A DNA stretch of 64,000 nucleotides from the NCBI GenBank assembly GCA_964277755.1, contig CAXYJY010000043.1:14237-78236 (forward strand), written 5' to 3'. The notes under the pieces are model-generated. The model saw only the letters and a program-made list of their open reading frames with translations, did not search any database and was not told the DNA's origin. Shown in pieces: positions 29,071 through 38,380 of the stretch (positions within the stretch are counted from its first letter, which is position 1; each line of letters starts with the position of its first letter). Both the position numbers and the translations under genes were made by a program. The DNA is from an uncultured Hymenobacter sp. (GTDB taxonomy: Bacteria > Bacteroidota > Bacteroidia > Cytophagales > Hymenobacteraceae).

Positions 29071-29165
29071 TGTCCTTGCGAGCGCAGCGAAGCAATCGCA
29101 CCAGAGCTGGGCGGCTGAATGGCGCACTCAGCAGGTGCGATTGCTTCGCTGCGCTCGCAAGGGCA
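29071..29165. repeat. GTCC-type REP doublet (inverted relative of 4116 copy)
   Basis: TGTCCTTGCGAGCGCAGCGAAGCAATCGCACC ... GGTGCGATTGCTTCGCTGCGCTCGCAAGGGCA. Confidence 0.9.
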
Positions 29166-29170
29166 GACGC

Positions 29171-29416
29171 TTAGTTATTTACCTCGCGCTCTAGCCGGCT
29201 CACCTTGCCATCGAGCCGGATGAGGTACACCAGCAGCCCCGTCACGATGATGACGAGCACCAGCACTACCACGTAGATTTTGCCGCTGGCGCGCAGGGCG
29301 TCGGCCATTTCGGGCTCGGCGGCGGGAGCTTGGGCGAAGGCTGCGCCGGCCAGCAGCAGCAGGGGCAGCAGCAGGGCCACGGCCCGGCTAAGCCAGTTGT
29401 TTTTCTTGCTTTTCAT
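29171..29416 (-). CDS. ccmD: CcmD-family small membrane protein
   Basis: MADALRASGKIYVVVLVLVII...YLIRLDGKVSRLE; between ccmC and ccmE. Confidence 0.75.
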   Translation of the reverse strand: MKSKKNNWLSRAVALLLPLLLLAGAAFAQAPAAEPEMADALRASGKIYVVVLVLVIIVTGLLVYLIRLDGKVSRLEREVNN

Positions 29417-30065
29417 AAATCTTCTCTTTCACAAAGGCAAAGCGACAAGCCACTTCCGTAATCCAGACGCCGAGTAGCGTCCAGCCAATTACGGCGGGGT
29501 AAAATACCATCCGCATGGCGCTATCGAGGTCGTACTTCGAGAAGCCGGGGTTGCCGCCCATGCCGGGGTGCAGCGAGGCCTCGGCCAGACGGGGCATGAT
29601 GAACAGCAGCGGAATGGCCGCCGAAAACGCAAAAATATTGTAGATAGCCGACAAGCGCGCCCGCTGCTGCTCGTCGCGCACCGAGCCGCGCAGCACCAGG
29701 TAGGCCGCGTAGATGAGCATGGTTACGGCCGCGCCGTTGAGCTTCACGTCGGTCGTCCACCAGGTGCCCCAGGTGTAGCGCGCCCAGAGGCTGCCCGTGA
29801 GCAAGCCCAGCACGCCCAGCAAAATGCCCGTTTTGGCCGACTCGTGGGCCAGCGTATCGAGGCGCGTGCTGGGGTCGCGCAGGTAGCGGATGGAGTTGAT
29901 AACCGAGGCCAGCAGGATGATGGTCATGCCAAACCACATCGGCACGTGGAAGTAGAGGTTGCGCTCCGTCTCGTTGAGGATGGCCAGGCGCGGCACGTGG
30001 CCCAGGAAGCCCATCGCTACTGTGTAGAGCAGCAGCACGATGGTCAGGTATTTCCACCACTTCAT
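29388..30065 (-). CDS. ccmC: Heme exporter protein C
   Basis: YFHVPMW, WARYTWGTWWTTDVKL (WWD), SLHP histidines. Confidence 0.92.
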   Translation of the reverse strand: MKWWKYLTIVLLLYTVAMGFLGHVPRLAILNETERNLYFHVPMWFGMTIILLASVINSIRYLRDPSTRLDTLAHESAKTGILLGVLGLLTGSLWARYTWGTWWTTDVKLNGAAVTMLIYAAYLVLRGSVRDEQQRARLSAIYNIFAFSAAIPLLFIMPRLAEASLHPGMGGNPGFSKYDLDSAMRMVFYPAVIGWTLLGVWITEVACRFAFVKEKIYEKQEKQLA

Positions 30066-30092
30066 AGGGGGGTGAGAGTTAAGAGTGAGTAG

Positions 30093-30728
30093 TTAAGAGT
30101 TAGCTGGTTTGGCGCTGGCTACGCAGCCTACCACGCCAAACAGCGGGTCGCCGTATTTGGGTTGGTGGGCGTACACCTCAGTCGGGCCAAAGCCGCCGGC
30201 GGCGAAATACTGCTGCACCAGCGCCACGTGGCCGCGGTCGTCGAGGGCCTGCCAGGCATACACGGCCTTGTCAGGAAAGCAGCGGTTGGAAAACGTGACC
30301 ACCAGCGGCGCGCCCGGCCGCAGCACCCGCGCCAATTCGGCAAACACCGCCGCTGGCTGCGTGAGGTACTGCACCGACACGCAGATGCCCGCCCCGTCGA
30401 ACTCGCCGTCGGTGTAGGGCAGGCGTGGGTTCTCGTTGAGGTTCTGCACGATGCCCGGCTCGGTAAGGCGCGGGTTCTGGGCTAGCTCGCGGGCATTCAT
30501 GCCCAGGCCGGCCACGCGGCGGTAGGGCACTTCAGCGGGCAGGTGGCTCACCCAACTGCTCATCAGGTCGAGCACCGCGCCGCCGGCCGGCAGCAGCTGC
30601 CGGTAGAGCTGCGTCACCGCCGCCACGGCCGCCGCGTCGATGTGCGTTACGAGCCGCTCGAAGCGGTAAAACTCCTGGTCAGGAGCTTCATCGCGCCGCG
30701 AAAATGCCTGGGGAGGAAGGTTTAACAT
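30093..30728 (-). CDS. Class I SAM-dependent methyltransferase
   Basis: FYRFERLVTHID, VLDLMSSWVSHLP, VSVQYLTQP, TFSNRCFPDKA. Confidence 0.87.
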   Translation of the reverse strand: MLNLPPQAFSRRDEAPDQEFYRFERLVTHIDAAAVAAVTQLYRQLLPAGGAVLDLMSSWVSHLPAEVPYRRVAGLGMNARELAQNPRLTEPGIVQNLNENPRLPYTDGEFDGAGICVSVQYLTQPAAVFAELARVLRPGAPLVVTFSNRCFPDKAVYAWQALDDRGHVALVQQYFAAGGFGPTEVYAHQPKYGDPLFGVVGCVASAKPANS

Positions 30729-30772
30729 CTAGTGTTAGTAGGGAGCAAAGTTGCTTAAAAAGTCGTCTTTTC

Positions 30773-30888
30773 GTCATGCTGAGCGAAGCGCAGCGGAGTC
30801 GAAGCATCTCTACCGGAGAACTAACCTTTACGCTTAGCAACGAAGTGGTAGAGATGCTTCGGCTGCGCTGCGCTCCGCTCAGCATGAC
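30773..30888. repeat. CGTC-type REP doublet
   Basis: GTCATGCTGAGCGAAGCGCAGCGGAGTCGAAGCATCTCTACC and inverted arm. Confidence 0.9.
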
Positions 30889-30897
30889 CGAAAAAAA

Positions 30898-31575
30898 CTA
30901 GCTGCGCCACAAAAACGGGAATAATACATAGGACACCGCCCCCACAATAAAGTTCAAGGCCACGAGCGTTAGCACGGGGCCCTGGCTGACATCCCAGGGT
31001 AGCCCGTCGAGAGCGTTCTTGCTGATTTTGATGACGATAAGCAGCACGGGCACCAGCACTGGCAAGCCCAGCACCGCCAGCAGCGTGCCGCCCCCGGCCT
31101 GCCCCGCCCGCGCCGCGATGCCCGACACCAGCGTGAGCGACGAGGCCAGACTCACGGTGCCCAGCGCCACATTGGCCGCGAAAAGGGGCATGTTCTGCAC
31201 CGGGTTGCCGAGCAGCAGTGTGTAGAGCAGTAGCCCCGGCCCGGCCAGCGCCAGCAGCAGCAAGGCGTTGTAGAAGATTTTGGCTAGAATCACGGCCTCG
31301 GGCCGCGCCACCGTGTAGTAGTACAGGCGCAGCCCGGCCGGCTCCTGCGCCAGCCCGCGCCCCGCCGCGCCCAGCGCCGCGAAGAGCAGAATTATCCAGA
31401 ACAGCGCATTCCAGGCCGGGGCCGGTGGCAGCCCGCCGCGCGAGGTAAAGCTGAGGTAGCTCACGTATACCGTGCCGCCTACGTAGAGCAGCAGGCCCGC
31501 CAGGGCGGTGCGCTGCCGCCATTCGAGGCGCAGGTCTTTTAGCAATAAATGCCAGATTTCGGCGGGTAGCGACAC
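30898..31575 (-). CDS. ccmB: Heme exporter protein B
   Basis: LLKDLRLEWR, WNALFWIILLFAA, LLAVLGLPVLVP; GTG start supported by TATCTTTG box at 31580-31587. Confidence 0.88.
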   Translation of the reverse strand: MSLPAEIWHLLLKDLRLEWRQRTALAGLLLYVGGTVYVSYLSFTSRGGLPPAPAWNALFWIILLFAALGAAGRGLAQEPAGLRLYYYTVARPEAVILAKIFYNALLLLALAGPGLLLYTLLLGNPVQNMPLFAANVALGTVSLASSLTLVSGIAARAGQAGGGTLLAVLGLPVLVPVLLIVIKISKNALDGLPWDVSQGPVLTLVALNFIVGAVSYVLFPFLWRS

Positions 31576-31645
31576 GCCGCAAAGATACGGCAGGCAGCGG
31601 GGCGGTGGGAGCGTGCCCGGCCGCCGCAGTAGCAACGGCGCAGCC

Positions 31646-32794
31646 TTACTCGTGAGCCACGCGAATTATTTGCGTAGCGCCGCCCTGGCGCACCGCGAGC
31701 AGGTACAGGCCCGCTGGCAGCGCCGCCACGTCGGGCATAGCCATGGTGCTGGCCCCGGCTGGCACCGTGGCGTTGTGCTGGCGCACCACGCGGCCTACAG
31801 CGTCGTGCAGCGTCAGCTGGAGCGGGCCGGCTTGCTGGGTAGTTAAGCTAATAGTAAGCCGATTGCTAAAGGGCACAGGGGCGGCCTCGACGCTGAAGCC
31901 AGCGGCCCGGCCGCCCGCAGTGGCCAAGGGCGTGGCCTCCAGAATCATAATGTCATCGACAAACAGGCTCGACGCGCTGGCCGGGCTGGTCGCATGAAAC
32001 CCCACAAAGTAAATGCCACTGGTCGGCGGTGTAAAGCGCAGTACCTGGCCCGCCCCCACCAAAGCATACGTAGTATTGGTAATGGCGGAATTAGTAAACA
32101 GCAGCTGGCTTTGCCCAGCCGGCGTGGCTGCCGGGCCGGCTTTCACTTCCAGCGCCTGGGGGGCCGTGCCGGCCAGCGCCCGGTAGCTGAACATGAGCTG
32201 GTACGTCTTACTGGCCTGCATCGCCAGGTCGGTGGTGAAAAACCAGTCGTCGGCCGCCTGCGTAGCGCTGCCAGTATACTGCATCACGTTGGCCGGCGAC
32301 TTGGCATACGTGGAGGCCACGTTGGCCCAGCCGTGCCCGTCGTTGTTGGCGTCGAGCACGCTATAGTTCATGGGCAAAGTAGGTGCGCTGGTATTATCAA
32401 ACGTTTCAAGATAAGGCCAGGCCGTAACAGGGTAGGACCGGGTCGTAAAAGTGAGGCCGCACGTTTGCGCGCTTTGGCTGCCCGGGCTACACGTATTGTA
32501 GGCACACACCCAATAAGTTGTATTCGGCACAAGGCCCGGCAGCGTCACGGGCAGACTGGTGCTGCTATAGACGATTGCAAGGACAGGAGGTACGCCTAGG
32601 GGAGCATACATTATATGGTAAGCAGTAGCGTTGGCTGGCCCGGTGAGAGACACTGTGGCGCTAGACATAGTAATATTGAAAGCCGTCAGGCTGGTCGGGG
32701 CCGGGCAGGTGGTTTGGGCCTGGGCGAGCAGGCTCGTACCAAACATCAGCCAGATAGCCAACCAGAAGCGATAAAGCGAGTAGCAGTTTGCCAT
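31646..32794 (-). CDS. T9SS type A protein with FN3 and cleaved-adhesin/choice-of-anchor-J-like domains
   Basis: CPAPTSLTA FN3; YLETFD...DANNDGHGW...ADDWFFT; PVPFSN...AGLYLL CTD. Confidence 0.85.
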   Translation of the reverse strand: MANCYSLYRFWLAIWLMFGTSLLAQAQTTCPAPTSLTAFNITMSSATVSLTGPANATAYHIMYAPLGVPPVLAIVYSSTSLPVTLPGLVPNTTYWVCAYNTCSPGSQSAQTCGLTFTTRSYPVTAWPYLETFDNTSAPTLPMNYSVLDANNDGHGWANVASTYAKSPANVMQYTGSATQAADDWFFTTDLAMQASKTYQLMFSYRALAGTAPQALEVKAGPAATPAGQSQLLFTNSAITNTTYALVGAGQVLRFTPPTSGIYFVGFHATSPASASSLFVDDIMILEATPLATAGGRAAGFSVEAAPVPFSNRLTISLTTQQAGPLQLTLHDAVGRVVRQHNATVPAGASTMAMPDVAALPAGLYLLAVRQGGATQIIRVAHE

Positions 32795-32872
32795 AGAGCA
32801 GGGGAAAGAGCCTTGGAAAATTGGTAAGTAGAAGCAAGATACTTGAATACCTGTAAGTAGTTGACTTTTTGC

Positions 32873-32906
32873 AAAAAAAAACGCCTTCCATTGCGGGAAG
32901 GCGTTT
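32873..32906 (-). terminator. Intrinsic terminator after Omp85-family gene
   Basis: A9-CGCCTTCC...GGAAGGCG-TTT. Confidence 0.8.
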
Positions 32907-32928
32907 AAAGTCAGACTAAGAGCAAGGC

Positions 32929-35900
32929 CTAAAAGTCGTGTCCCAGCGTGAGATAGGGCTTGGGGCCGGTGCGCGTGTAGTTCTCCTCGCCCCAGGCCAG
33001 GTCAAACTTGGTGTAGAAGCCCAGCATGGTAGTGCGCACGCCCACGCCGTAGCCGATGAGCAGCGGGTTTCGGAAGTTGATGACCGTGCCCGAGAAGAAA
33101 GTATTATTCTTGAATGCCACCGTGTTGTTAGAGTTACTTTCGCTGAACGGATTGCCGCCCGAATAAGCCGTGCCGGCATCCACGAAGCCCGTGAACTGCA
33201 AATTGCGGAAGAAGCCTGAGTAGATGGGCCGGCGCGATAGATACTGCACGATGGGAAAGCGCAACTCACTGTTGAAGAGTACGTAGCTGCGGCCAGTGCG
33301 TTTGCTCAGGTCAAAGCCCCGCAGGTTGGTCACGAACTGCTGCGTGAAGAGGCTCGTGGGGTCGGGCGTAGGCGTCAGCAACTGCTGGTCGGCGTACTTC
33401 TGAAACAGCCAGTTGTCCATACCGCCGAGGCGGAAGGTCTGAGCATTGGGCCCAAAGAAGGTGCCGAAGCTGGCTCGGTTGGCCCACACCAGTTGGCGAT
33501 GCACCTTCTGGTAGTGGCGCAGGTCAATGTAAAACTTGCCGAAGTTGCCCTGCTTGTTACCAAGCTGGTAATCTTGCAGAATACCCATTTTGAGGCGGGT
33601 GCCCACCAGCATATTCACGCCCGTGGCCCGCGAGTTGTCAAACACCAACTCGGCGTTGTAGCCCAAGTAGTTCACGCTGTTGTCGAGTACGGTGCTGGCG
33701 TCGCCGGTCTGGGTGCGCGACATGGTTTCGAACAGCGGACCGCCGCGCAGGCTCAGGTTATGGGTGAAGGGGTAGGCGATGGTGGGCGCTACCTGGTGGC
33801 GGCCGTAGCGCGTGAGGCCAGGGCTATTTGATTGCGTATTAAAGAAATATGCCTGCTTGCGATACGTGATACCCCAGTCGAGGCGGTGCGTGAGGTTGGT
33901 GTAGGACAGGCTGATGTTGCTGGTGCGCAAGTCGAGCTGCCCAAACACGTTGGCCTGAATGCGCTGGTTCTCAAACGCATCCGACAAATTGGCCTGGAGC
34001 GACACGCCAAAGCCCAGCAGCGGGTCCACGGCGATGCCCGTCAGCAGGTTGTCGGCCATAAAGCGCGTGTCGTAGCGGTAGGGGCCGGCTAGGGCGGGCG
34101 CGGCGGGCTTAGTGGCTACCGGCGTCGCGGCCTTCACCCCGCGCCGGGGCCGCACCGGGATGGCCGGGTCGTCGTCTTCCTCAAACTGGTAGTTGTTGGG
34201 ATTCACCTTGTTGCTGCCCCGGCGCTTGGCCGACGAGGCCGGCACGCCGTTGTCGGGATTGGCCGGCGCGGGGGCCGGCTGGGTGGCCACGGGCGCGGTG
34301 GCTTTCACGGGCATTGGCGCGGGCTGCGAGCGAGCCTCCAGTATCTGCTGGCGCGATGTCTTACCCAAAAACATCTCGGTGGGCAGCTCATACTTGGGGT
34401 AGAGGTAGAGCAGGTCGCGGGCCTGCACCGAGGCTACCAGCGCCAGCGCCTGGCTGGTAGCATTGTAGTCAAAGTCCTGAACGTTAGACGAAAAATTGGT
34501 AACCGGCTGGCGCTGCCCCGTGCGGCGCGAGTAGCGGTACACGCTGCGCACCCCGCTTTCCTCCCCCAGATACAGAATCTCATCATCTGAAATCGGCCGG
34601 GGGCGCGTCTCGTTTGAAATGGTGCTCACCAGCGTTTCCACTGGCTTGGCCCGCCCGTCGAGGTGGTACAAGAACAGGTCGTAGTTGTTCACCACGTTCG
34701 GAAACGACGCCGGCCGCGCCCGCCCCGTCGAGTCGAGGTAGCGGTTGGAGCTGAACACGATGGCCTGCCCGCCGGGCAAGAACATGGCCTGCTGGTCGTC
34801 AAACAGGTCGTCGGTCAGCTTTTCGGGGCGGCGGCTGCCGGCTTTCAGCAGGTAAATATCGTTTTGCCCATCCTTGATGGCGCTGAACACGAGCGCCTTG
34901 CCATCGGGCGAGTAGTTCAGGTCGAGTACCTGGTCGTAGGTGTCGAAGATGGTAGTGGGCCGGCTCAGGCGGATGGCCCCGCGCACGCGGCTCAGCAGGC
35001 CGTCGCCGGCCGCGTCGCGCAGGTGCAGGGCCATACGGCCCTGGCTTAGTTCGGCCACGGCCACCTGGCCATTGCCGCGCCAGGCCAGCGCGGGCAGGCG
35101 GCCTTCTATCTGCTGGTCAGGGGTTTTGTAGCCGCCGTGCAGCAGCGTGCGGCGGTGCGAGCCGTCGCGGTTGGCTACTACCACGCGGTAGCGGCCCTGG
35201 TCGTTTACGGCGTAGGCCACCTGCTGCCCGTTGGGGCTGAGTACGGGCTGCGAGAATAGCTCCAGCCCACGGCGGTTGCGCGAGCTGCGGCGGGCATCGT
35301 CGGCCAGCTGCGCGCGGGCCTCGATGGCGGGCTGCTTGTTGAGCTCGCGGTAGTAATTGACCCAGTTGCGCAGAAATACCTTGAACGGCACGTTCAGCGA
35401 CGAGCTGATGCCTACCTCCACGTCGCGCGTAATGCGCGTGAGGTTCAGGATGTTCTGCACCGCGCCGTAGCCGTAGCGCTCGGCCACGTAGTTCCAGATG
35501 CTCTGGCCCGCCAGCTGCGGGTTGCGCACGAAGAAGGGCGCCGTGCGGTTGCCGGTGGGGTACTCGCGCACCATGTCGCGCATGTAGGCATCCATGTCCA
35601 CGCTCCAGCCCTCGGCCGCGTAGGCCGAGGCCCCGCCGATAAACCAGTCGGGTAGTTGCAGCAGGTAGTTGCTTTGCAGCACTTCGCGCAGCGAGCCGCC
35701 GTACATCATGTCATTGAGCAGCACCTGCGTTATCTGCTGGCTCATATCGCGCTTAAAGTCGGTTTGCCGGCCCGTGAAGGCAATTTCGACCTTGCTCATG
35801 CGCGCCAGCTGGGCCTCGCCGCCGTTCACCGAGCTGGGCAGCGGCAAGTTGATGTTGCTCTGGCGCAGGTCCCCCACCGAATTGTAGAGCATCAGCGTGG

Positions 35901-36267
35901 TTTTGCTGTAGGGGTAGTACCCTACCAGCGCCGTAATGCGCTGAAGCTCCTGCTCGGCGTACTCGGCGGCGCGGCGCGCGCTGGCCTCGCCCCCGCCGTA
36001 GAAGTACACGTTGAAATTCTGGGTCGAGTAGAACTGCCAGTCGAAGTTCTTGTACTGCACCCGCACCCGCCCAAAGGGCTCCTGCGCCGACTGCGCCCGC
36101 GCCGCCGGGCTGCCCAGCAGCGCCGCCCCGGCCAGGGCCAGCACCCCGGCCCGCCTGTTTATCTGTAAAAAGCCGGCAGCCGCCCGGCAGCGTTCGAGGA
36201 AAAACTTCACGATAAGAAAGGGCAGAGGTAAAGCAAAGAAGGAAAAACGGCCGCCGGAAGCTGCCAT
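32929..36267 (-). CDS. Omp85/BamA-family outer-membrane protein with peptidase-MA-like N-domain and PD40/WD40 (TolB-like) propeller
   Basis: FSQPVLSPNG and YSPDGKALVFS PD40 repeats; LRGF, FVDAG, terminal GHDF beta-signal; start uncertain. Confidence 0.85.
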   Translation of the reverse strand: MAASGGRFSFFALPLPFLIVKFFLERCRAAAGFLQINRRAGVLALAGAALLGSPAARAQSAQEPFGRVRVQYKNFDWQFYSTQNFNVYFYGGGEASARRAAEYAEQELQRITALVGYYPYSKTTLMLYNSVGDLRQSNINLPLPSSVNGGEAQLARMSKVEIAFTGRQTDFKRDMSQQITQVLLNDMMYGGSLREVLQSNYLLQLPDWFIGGASAYAAEGWSVDMDAYMRDMVREYPTGNRTAPFFVRNPQLAGQSIWNYVAERYGYGAVQNILNLTRITRDVEVGISSSLNVPFKVFLRNWVNYYRELNKQPAIEARAQLADDARRSSRNRRGLELFSQPVLSPNGQQVAYAVNDQGRYRVVVANRDGSHRRTLLHGGYKTPDQQIEGRLPALAWRGNGQVAVAELSQGRMALHLRDAAGDGLLSRVRGAIRLSRPTTIFDTYDQVLDLNYSPDGKALVFSAIKDGQNDIYLLKAGSRRPEKLTDDLFDDQQAMFLPGGQAIVFSSNRYLDSTGRARPASFPNVVNNYDLFLYHLDGRAKPVETLVSTISNETRPRPISDDEILYLGEESGVRSVYRYSRRTGQRQPVTNFSSNVQDFDYNATSQALALVASVQARDLLYLYPKYELPTEMFLGKTSRQQILEARSQPAPMPVKATAPVATQPAPAPANPDNGVPASSAKRRGSNKVNPNNYQFEEDDDPAIPVRPRRGVKAATPVATKPAAPALAGPYRYDTRFMADNLLTGIAVDPLLGFGVSLQANLSDAFENQRIQANVFGQLDLRTSNISLSYTNLTHRLDWGITYRKQAYFFNTQSNSPGLTRYGRHQVAPTIAYPFTHNLSLRGGPLFETMSRTQTGDASTVLDNSVNYLGYNAELVFDNSRATGVNMLVGTRLKMGILQDYQLGNKQGNFGKFYIDLRHYQKVHRQLVWANRASFGTFFGPNAQTFRLGGMDNWLFQKYADQQLLTPTPDPTSLFTQQFVTNLRGFDLSKRTGRSYVLFNSELRFPIVQYLSRRPIYSGFFRNLQFTGFVDAGTAYSGGNPFSESNSNNTVAFKNNTFFSGTVINFRNPLLIGYGVGVRTTMLGFYTKFDLAWGEENYTRTGPKPYLTLGHDF

Positions 36268-36313
36268 CCGTGCAAGTTTGGCCCGGCGTTGTCCAAACGT
36301 TTTAAAGGTAGGC

Positions 36314-37411
36314 TTATTTCTTGGGTAATTCAGCAGGGTATAACTTATGGTAACGCGCCAGGTCGGCCTCGGGCCAGATTTCGCCCTGGCCAGCCAGAAA
36401 ATTGGCCATCAACTGGGCCAGGCGCGGGGCCAGCGACACGCCCTTGGAACCGAAGCCGCCGAAGACACTCAGCCACGGCAAGGCCGGGTGGCGGCCCAGC
36501 AGCGGGCGGCGGTCGCGCACGGCGGGGCGCACCCCGCGCCGCAGCCCCCGCACCCGGTAGGGTAGGGGCGTGAGGCCCGCCAGACGCGCCAGTAGCTCAG
36601 TTTCACCGTCTTCCGAGCCGGCCGGCGCGAAGGGCGGCCACCGATAGGTAGCGCCCACCCGAAACTGCCCCGCCCCGTCGGGCACCACGTAGGCACCCCG
36701 ATTGAGCACCTGGTCCGGGCTTAAGCCGGGTACTTCTACTGCCAGTACCTCGCCCTGGTTGGGGGTGAGAGGCAGCCAGCTGAAATGCGGGCAGCCGAGC
36801 GCAGCCGCGCCCTGGCAGCACACCACCTGCCGGGCGCGCACCCGGCCCGGCGCGTAAGTCACGCCCCCCGCGTCGCTAACTACGTTTTCCCAGCTAAAAG
36901 TTTCGGCGCGTAGCCAGCCTTCGGCCGCACCCTGCCGGGCCAGGGCGGCCAGCAGCTCGGCCACCCGCACGTAGCCGCCTCCGCGCAGCCACGCGCCGCC
37001 GTGCGGGGCCAGCAGCCCCGGCCGCTCGATGGGCGCGGTGTCTATGCTGGTCACGAAGCTCGCCCACGGGTCTTGGGCGGCGCGGGCCAGCATCTGCTGC
37101 TGCTCCTGCACTGAGCCAAAAACCTTGAGAATGTTGGTTTCGGCCAGAAACTCGGCACCCAGCTCGCGGCTCAGCTCCTGGTAGTAGGCTACGGCGTAGG
37201 ACAGGGTTTCGAGCGCCCGCCAGGTGAGCGCGAAGCGCTTGCCGGCCACGGGGTTCATAAGGCCGGCCGCCACCCGCGAGGCGGCGTCGGGCCGGGGCTC
37301 GTCGTACACCAGCACGCGGAATCCGCGCCCGCGCAGCTCGCGGGCCAGTGCCGCCCCCGCAATGCCGTGGCCGACGAGCAGGTAGTCGTAAAGGTCAAAA
37401 TCGGAAGTCAT
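36314..37411 (-). CDS. FAD-dependent oxidoreductase (DAO family)
   Basis: VGHGIAG, SRVAAGLMNP, GVRPAVRDRRP, GFGSKG. Confidence 0.88.
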   Translation of the reverse strand: MTSDFDLYDYLLVGHGIAGAALARELRGRGFRVLVYDEPRPDAASRVAAGLMNPVAGKRFALTWRALETLSYAVAYYQELSRELGAEFLAETNILKVFGSVQEQQQMLARAAQDPWASFVTSIDTAPIERPGLLAPHGGAWLRGGGYVRVAELLAALARQGAAEGWLRAETFSWENVVSDAGGVTYAPGRVRARQVVCCQGAAALGCPHFSWLPLTPNQGEVLAVEVPGLSPDQVLNRGAYVVPDGAGQFRVGATYRWPPFAPAGSEDGETELLARLAGLTPLPYRVRGLRRGVRPAVRDRRPLLGRHPALPWLSVFGGFGSKGVSLAPRLAQLMANFLAGQGEIWPEADLARYHKLYPAELPKK

Positions 37412-37424
37412 GGCGGGCAAGATA

Positions 37425-37453
37425 ATGAGTGGATGAGTGGGTTGGTGGATGAG
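37425..37453. repeat. Degenerate (ATGAGTGG)n octamer repeat
   Basis: Reverse complement of 37563-37600 repeat. Confidence 0.75.
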
Positions 37454-37469
37454 AGAAGGGACGACGGTT

Positions 37470-37557
37470 GTCATGCTGAACGCAGTGAAGCATCTCTGCC
37501 GCTTCGGCCCAACTGTTCAACGAAGCGATAGAGATGCTTCACTGCGTTCAGCATGAC
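37470..37557. repeat. GTCA-type REP doublet
   Basis: GTCATGCTGAACGCAGTGAAGCATCTC ... GAGATGCTTCACTGCGTTCAGCATGAC. Confidence 0.92.
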
Positions 37558-37562
37558 CGTAC

Positions 37563-37600
37563 CATCCACTCATCCACTCATCCACTCATCCACTCATCCA
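37563..37600. repeat. (CATCCACT)4.75 octamer microsatellite
   Basis: Four perfect units plus partial, directly before TACCTTTG promoter box at 37602. Confidence 0.92.
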
Positions 37601-37614
37601 ATACCTTTGCGCTC

Positions 37615-38259
37615 ATGCTCCGCATTGTCAGCTTCACCTTCAACGGCTTCGCCGAAAATACTTATCTGCTCATCGACGAGGCCACGCGCGCCACGGCCGT
37701 CGTGGACCCCGGCATGTACAGCCGCGCCGAGCAGCAAACCCTGCGCGACTACATCAGCCAGCACCAGCTCGATGTGCAATATCTACTCAACACGCACGCC
37801 CATATCGACCACGTGCTGGGCAATGCCTTCGTGCTGAGCACTTACCCCGGCATTCCCTTCCTGTTGCACCCGCTCGACCTGCCCACGCTACGGGCCGTGC
37901 CCACCTACGCCGGGCCCTATGGCTTCGGGGCCTACGAGCCGGCCGAGCCCACGGGCGAGCTGGCGGCCGGGCAGGTTATCAAGCTGGGCGAAAGTGAGTT
38001 GGAAGTGCGTTTCGCGCCCGGCCACGCGCCGGGCCACGTCGTGTTCTACGACGCGGCGGGCGGGCAGCTGGCGGGCGGCGACGTGCTGTTCAAAAGCAGT
38101 ATCGGCCGCACCGACCTGCCGGGTGGCGACCACAACACGCTCATCCGCAGCATCAAAACTGAGCTGCTGACCTTGCCCGACGCCACGGTAGTATACCCCG
38201 GCCACGGCCCCAGCACTACCATCGGGGCCGAGCGGCGCTCGAACCCGTTTTTAACTTAG
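37615..38259 (+). CDS. MBL-fold metallo-hydrolase (glyoxalase II-like)
   Basis: THAHIDHVLG, PGHAPGH, GDVLF, GRTDLPGG, YPGHG. Confidence 0.92.
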   Translation: MLRIVSFTFNGFAENTYLLIDEATRATAVVDPGMYSRAEQQTLRDYISQHQLDVQYLLNTHAHIDHVLGNAFVLSTYPGIPFLLHPLDLPTLRAVPTYAGPYGFGAYEPAEPTGELAAGQVIKLGESELEVRFAPGHAPGHVVFYDAAGGQLAGGDVLFKSSIGRTDLPGGDHNTLIRSIKTELLTLPDATVVYPGHGPSTTIGAERRSNPFLT

Positions 38260-38270
38260 TTTTTACGCCT

Positions 38271-38295
38271 GTCATGCTGACGAAGGAAGCATCTT
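38271..38295. repeat. Solo/half REP arm
   Basis: GTCATGCTGACGAAGGAAGCATCTT resembles one arm of the GTCA family; no inverted partner seen. Confidence 0.55.
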
Positions 38296-38380
38296 ATCAC
38301 GGTGGCTTTTGCCAGTAATTATAAATTTCAGCAATGCGGAAGTGATAACATCCAGCGTTGCACCTAGCACTAATCTTCGC

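Noticed and set aside
37534-37614. ORF-track N-terminal extensions through repeats (also 54265, 23174, 18593, 37474)
   Set aside because: Extensions translate REP or microsatellite DNA; downstream starts match family N-termini and promoter boxes, unlike the 28488 case where no alternative start exists outside the repeat
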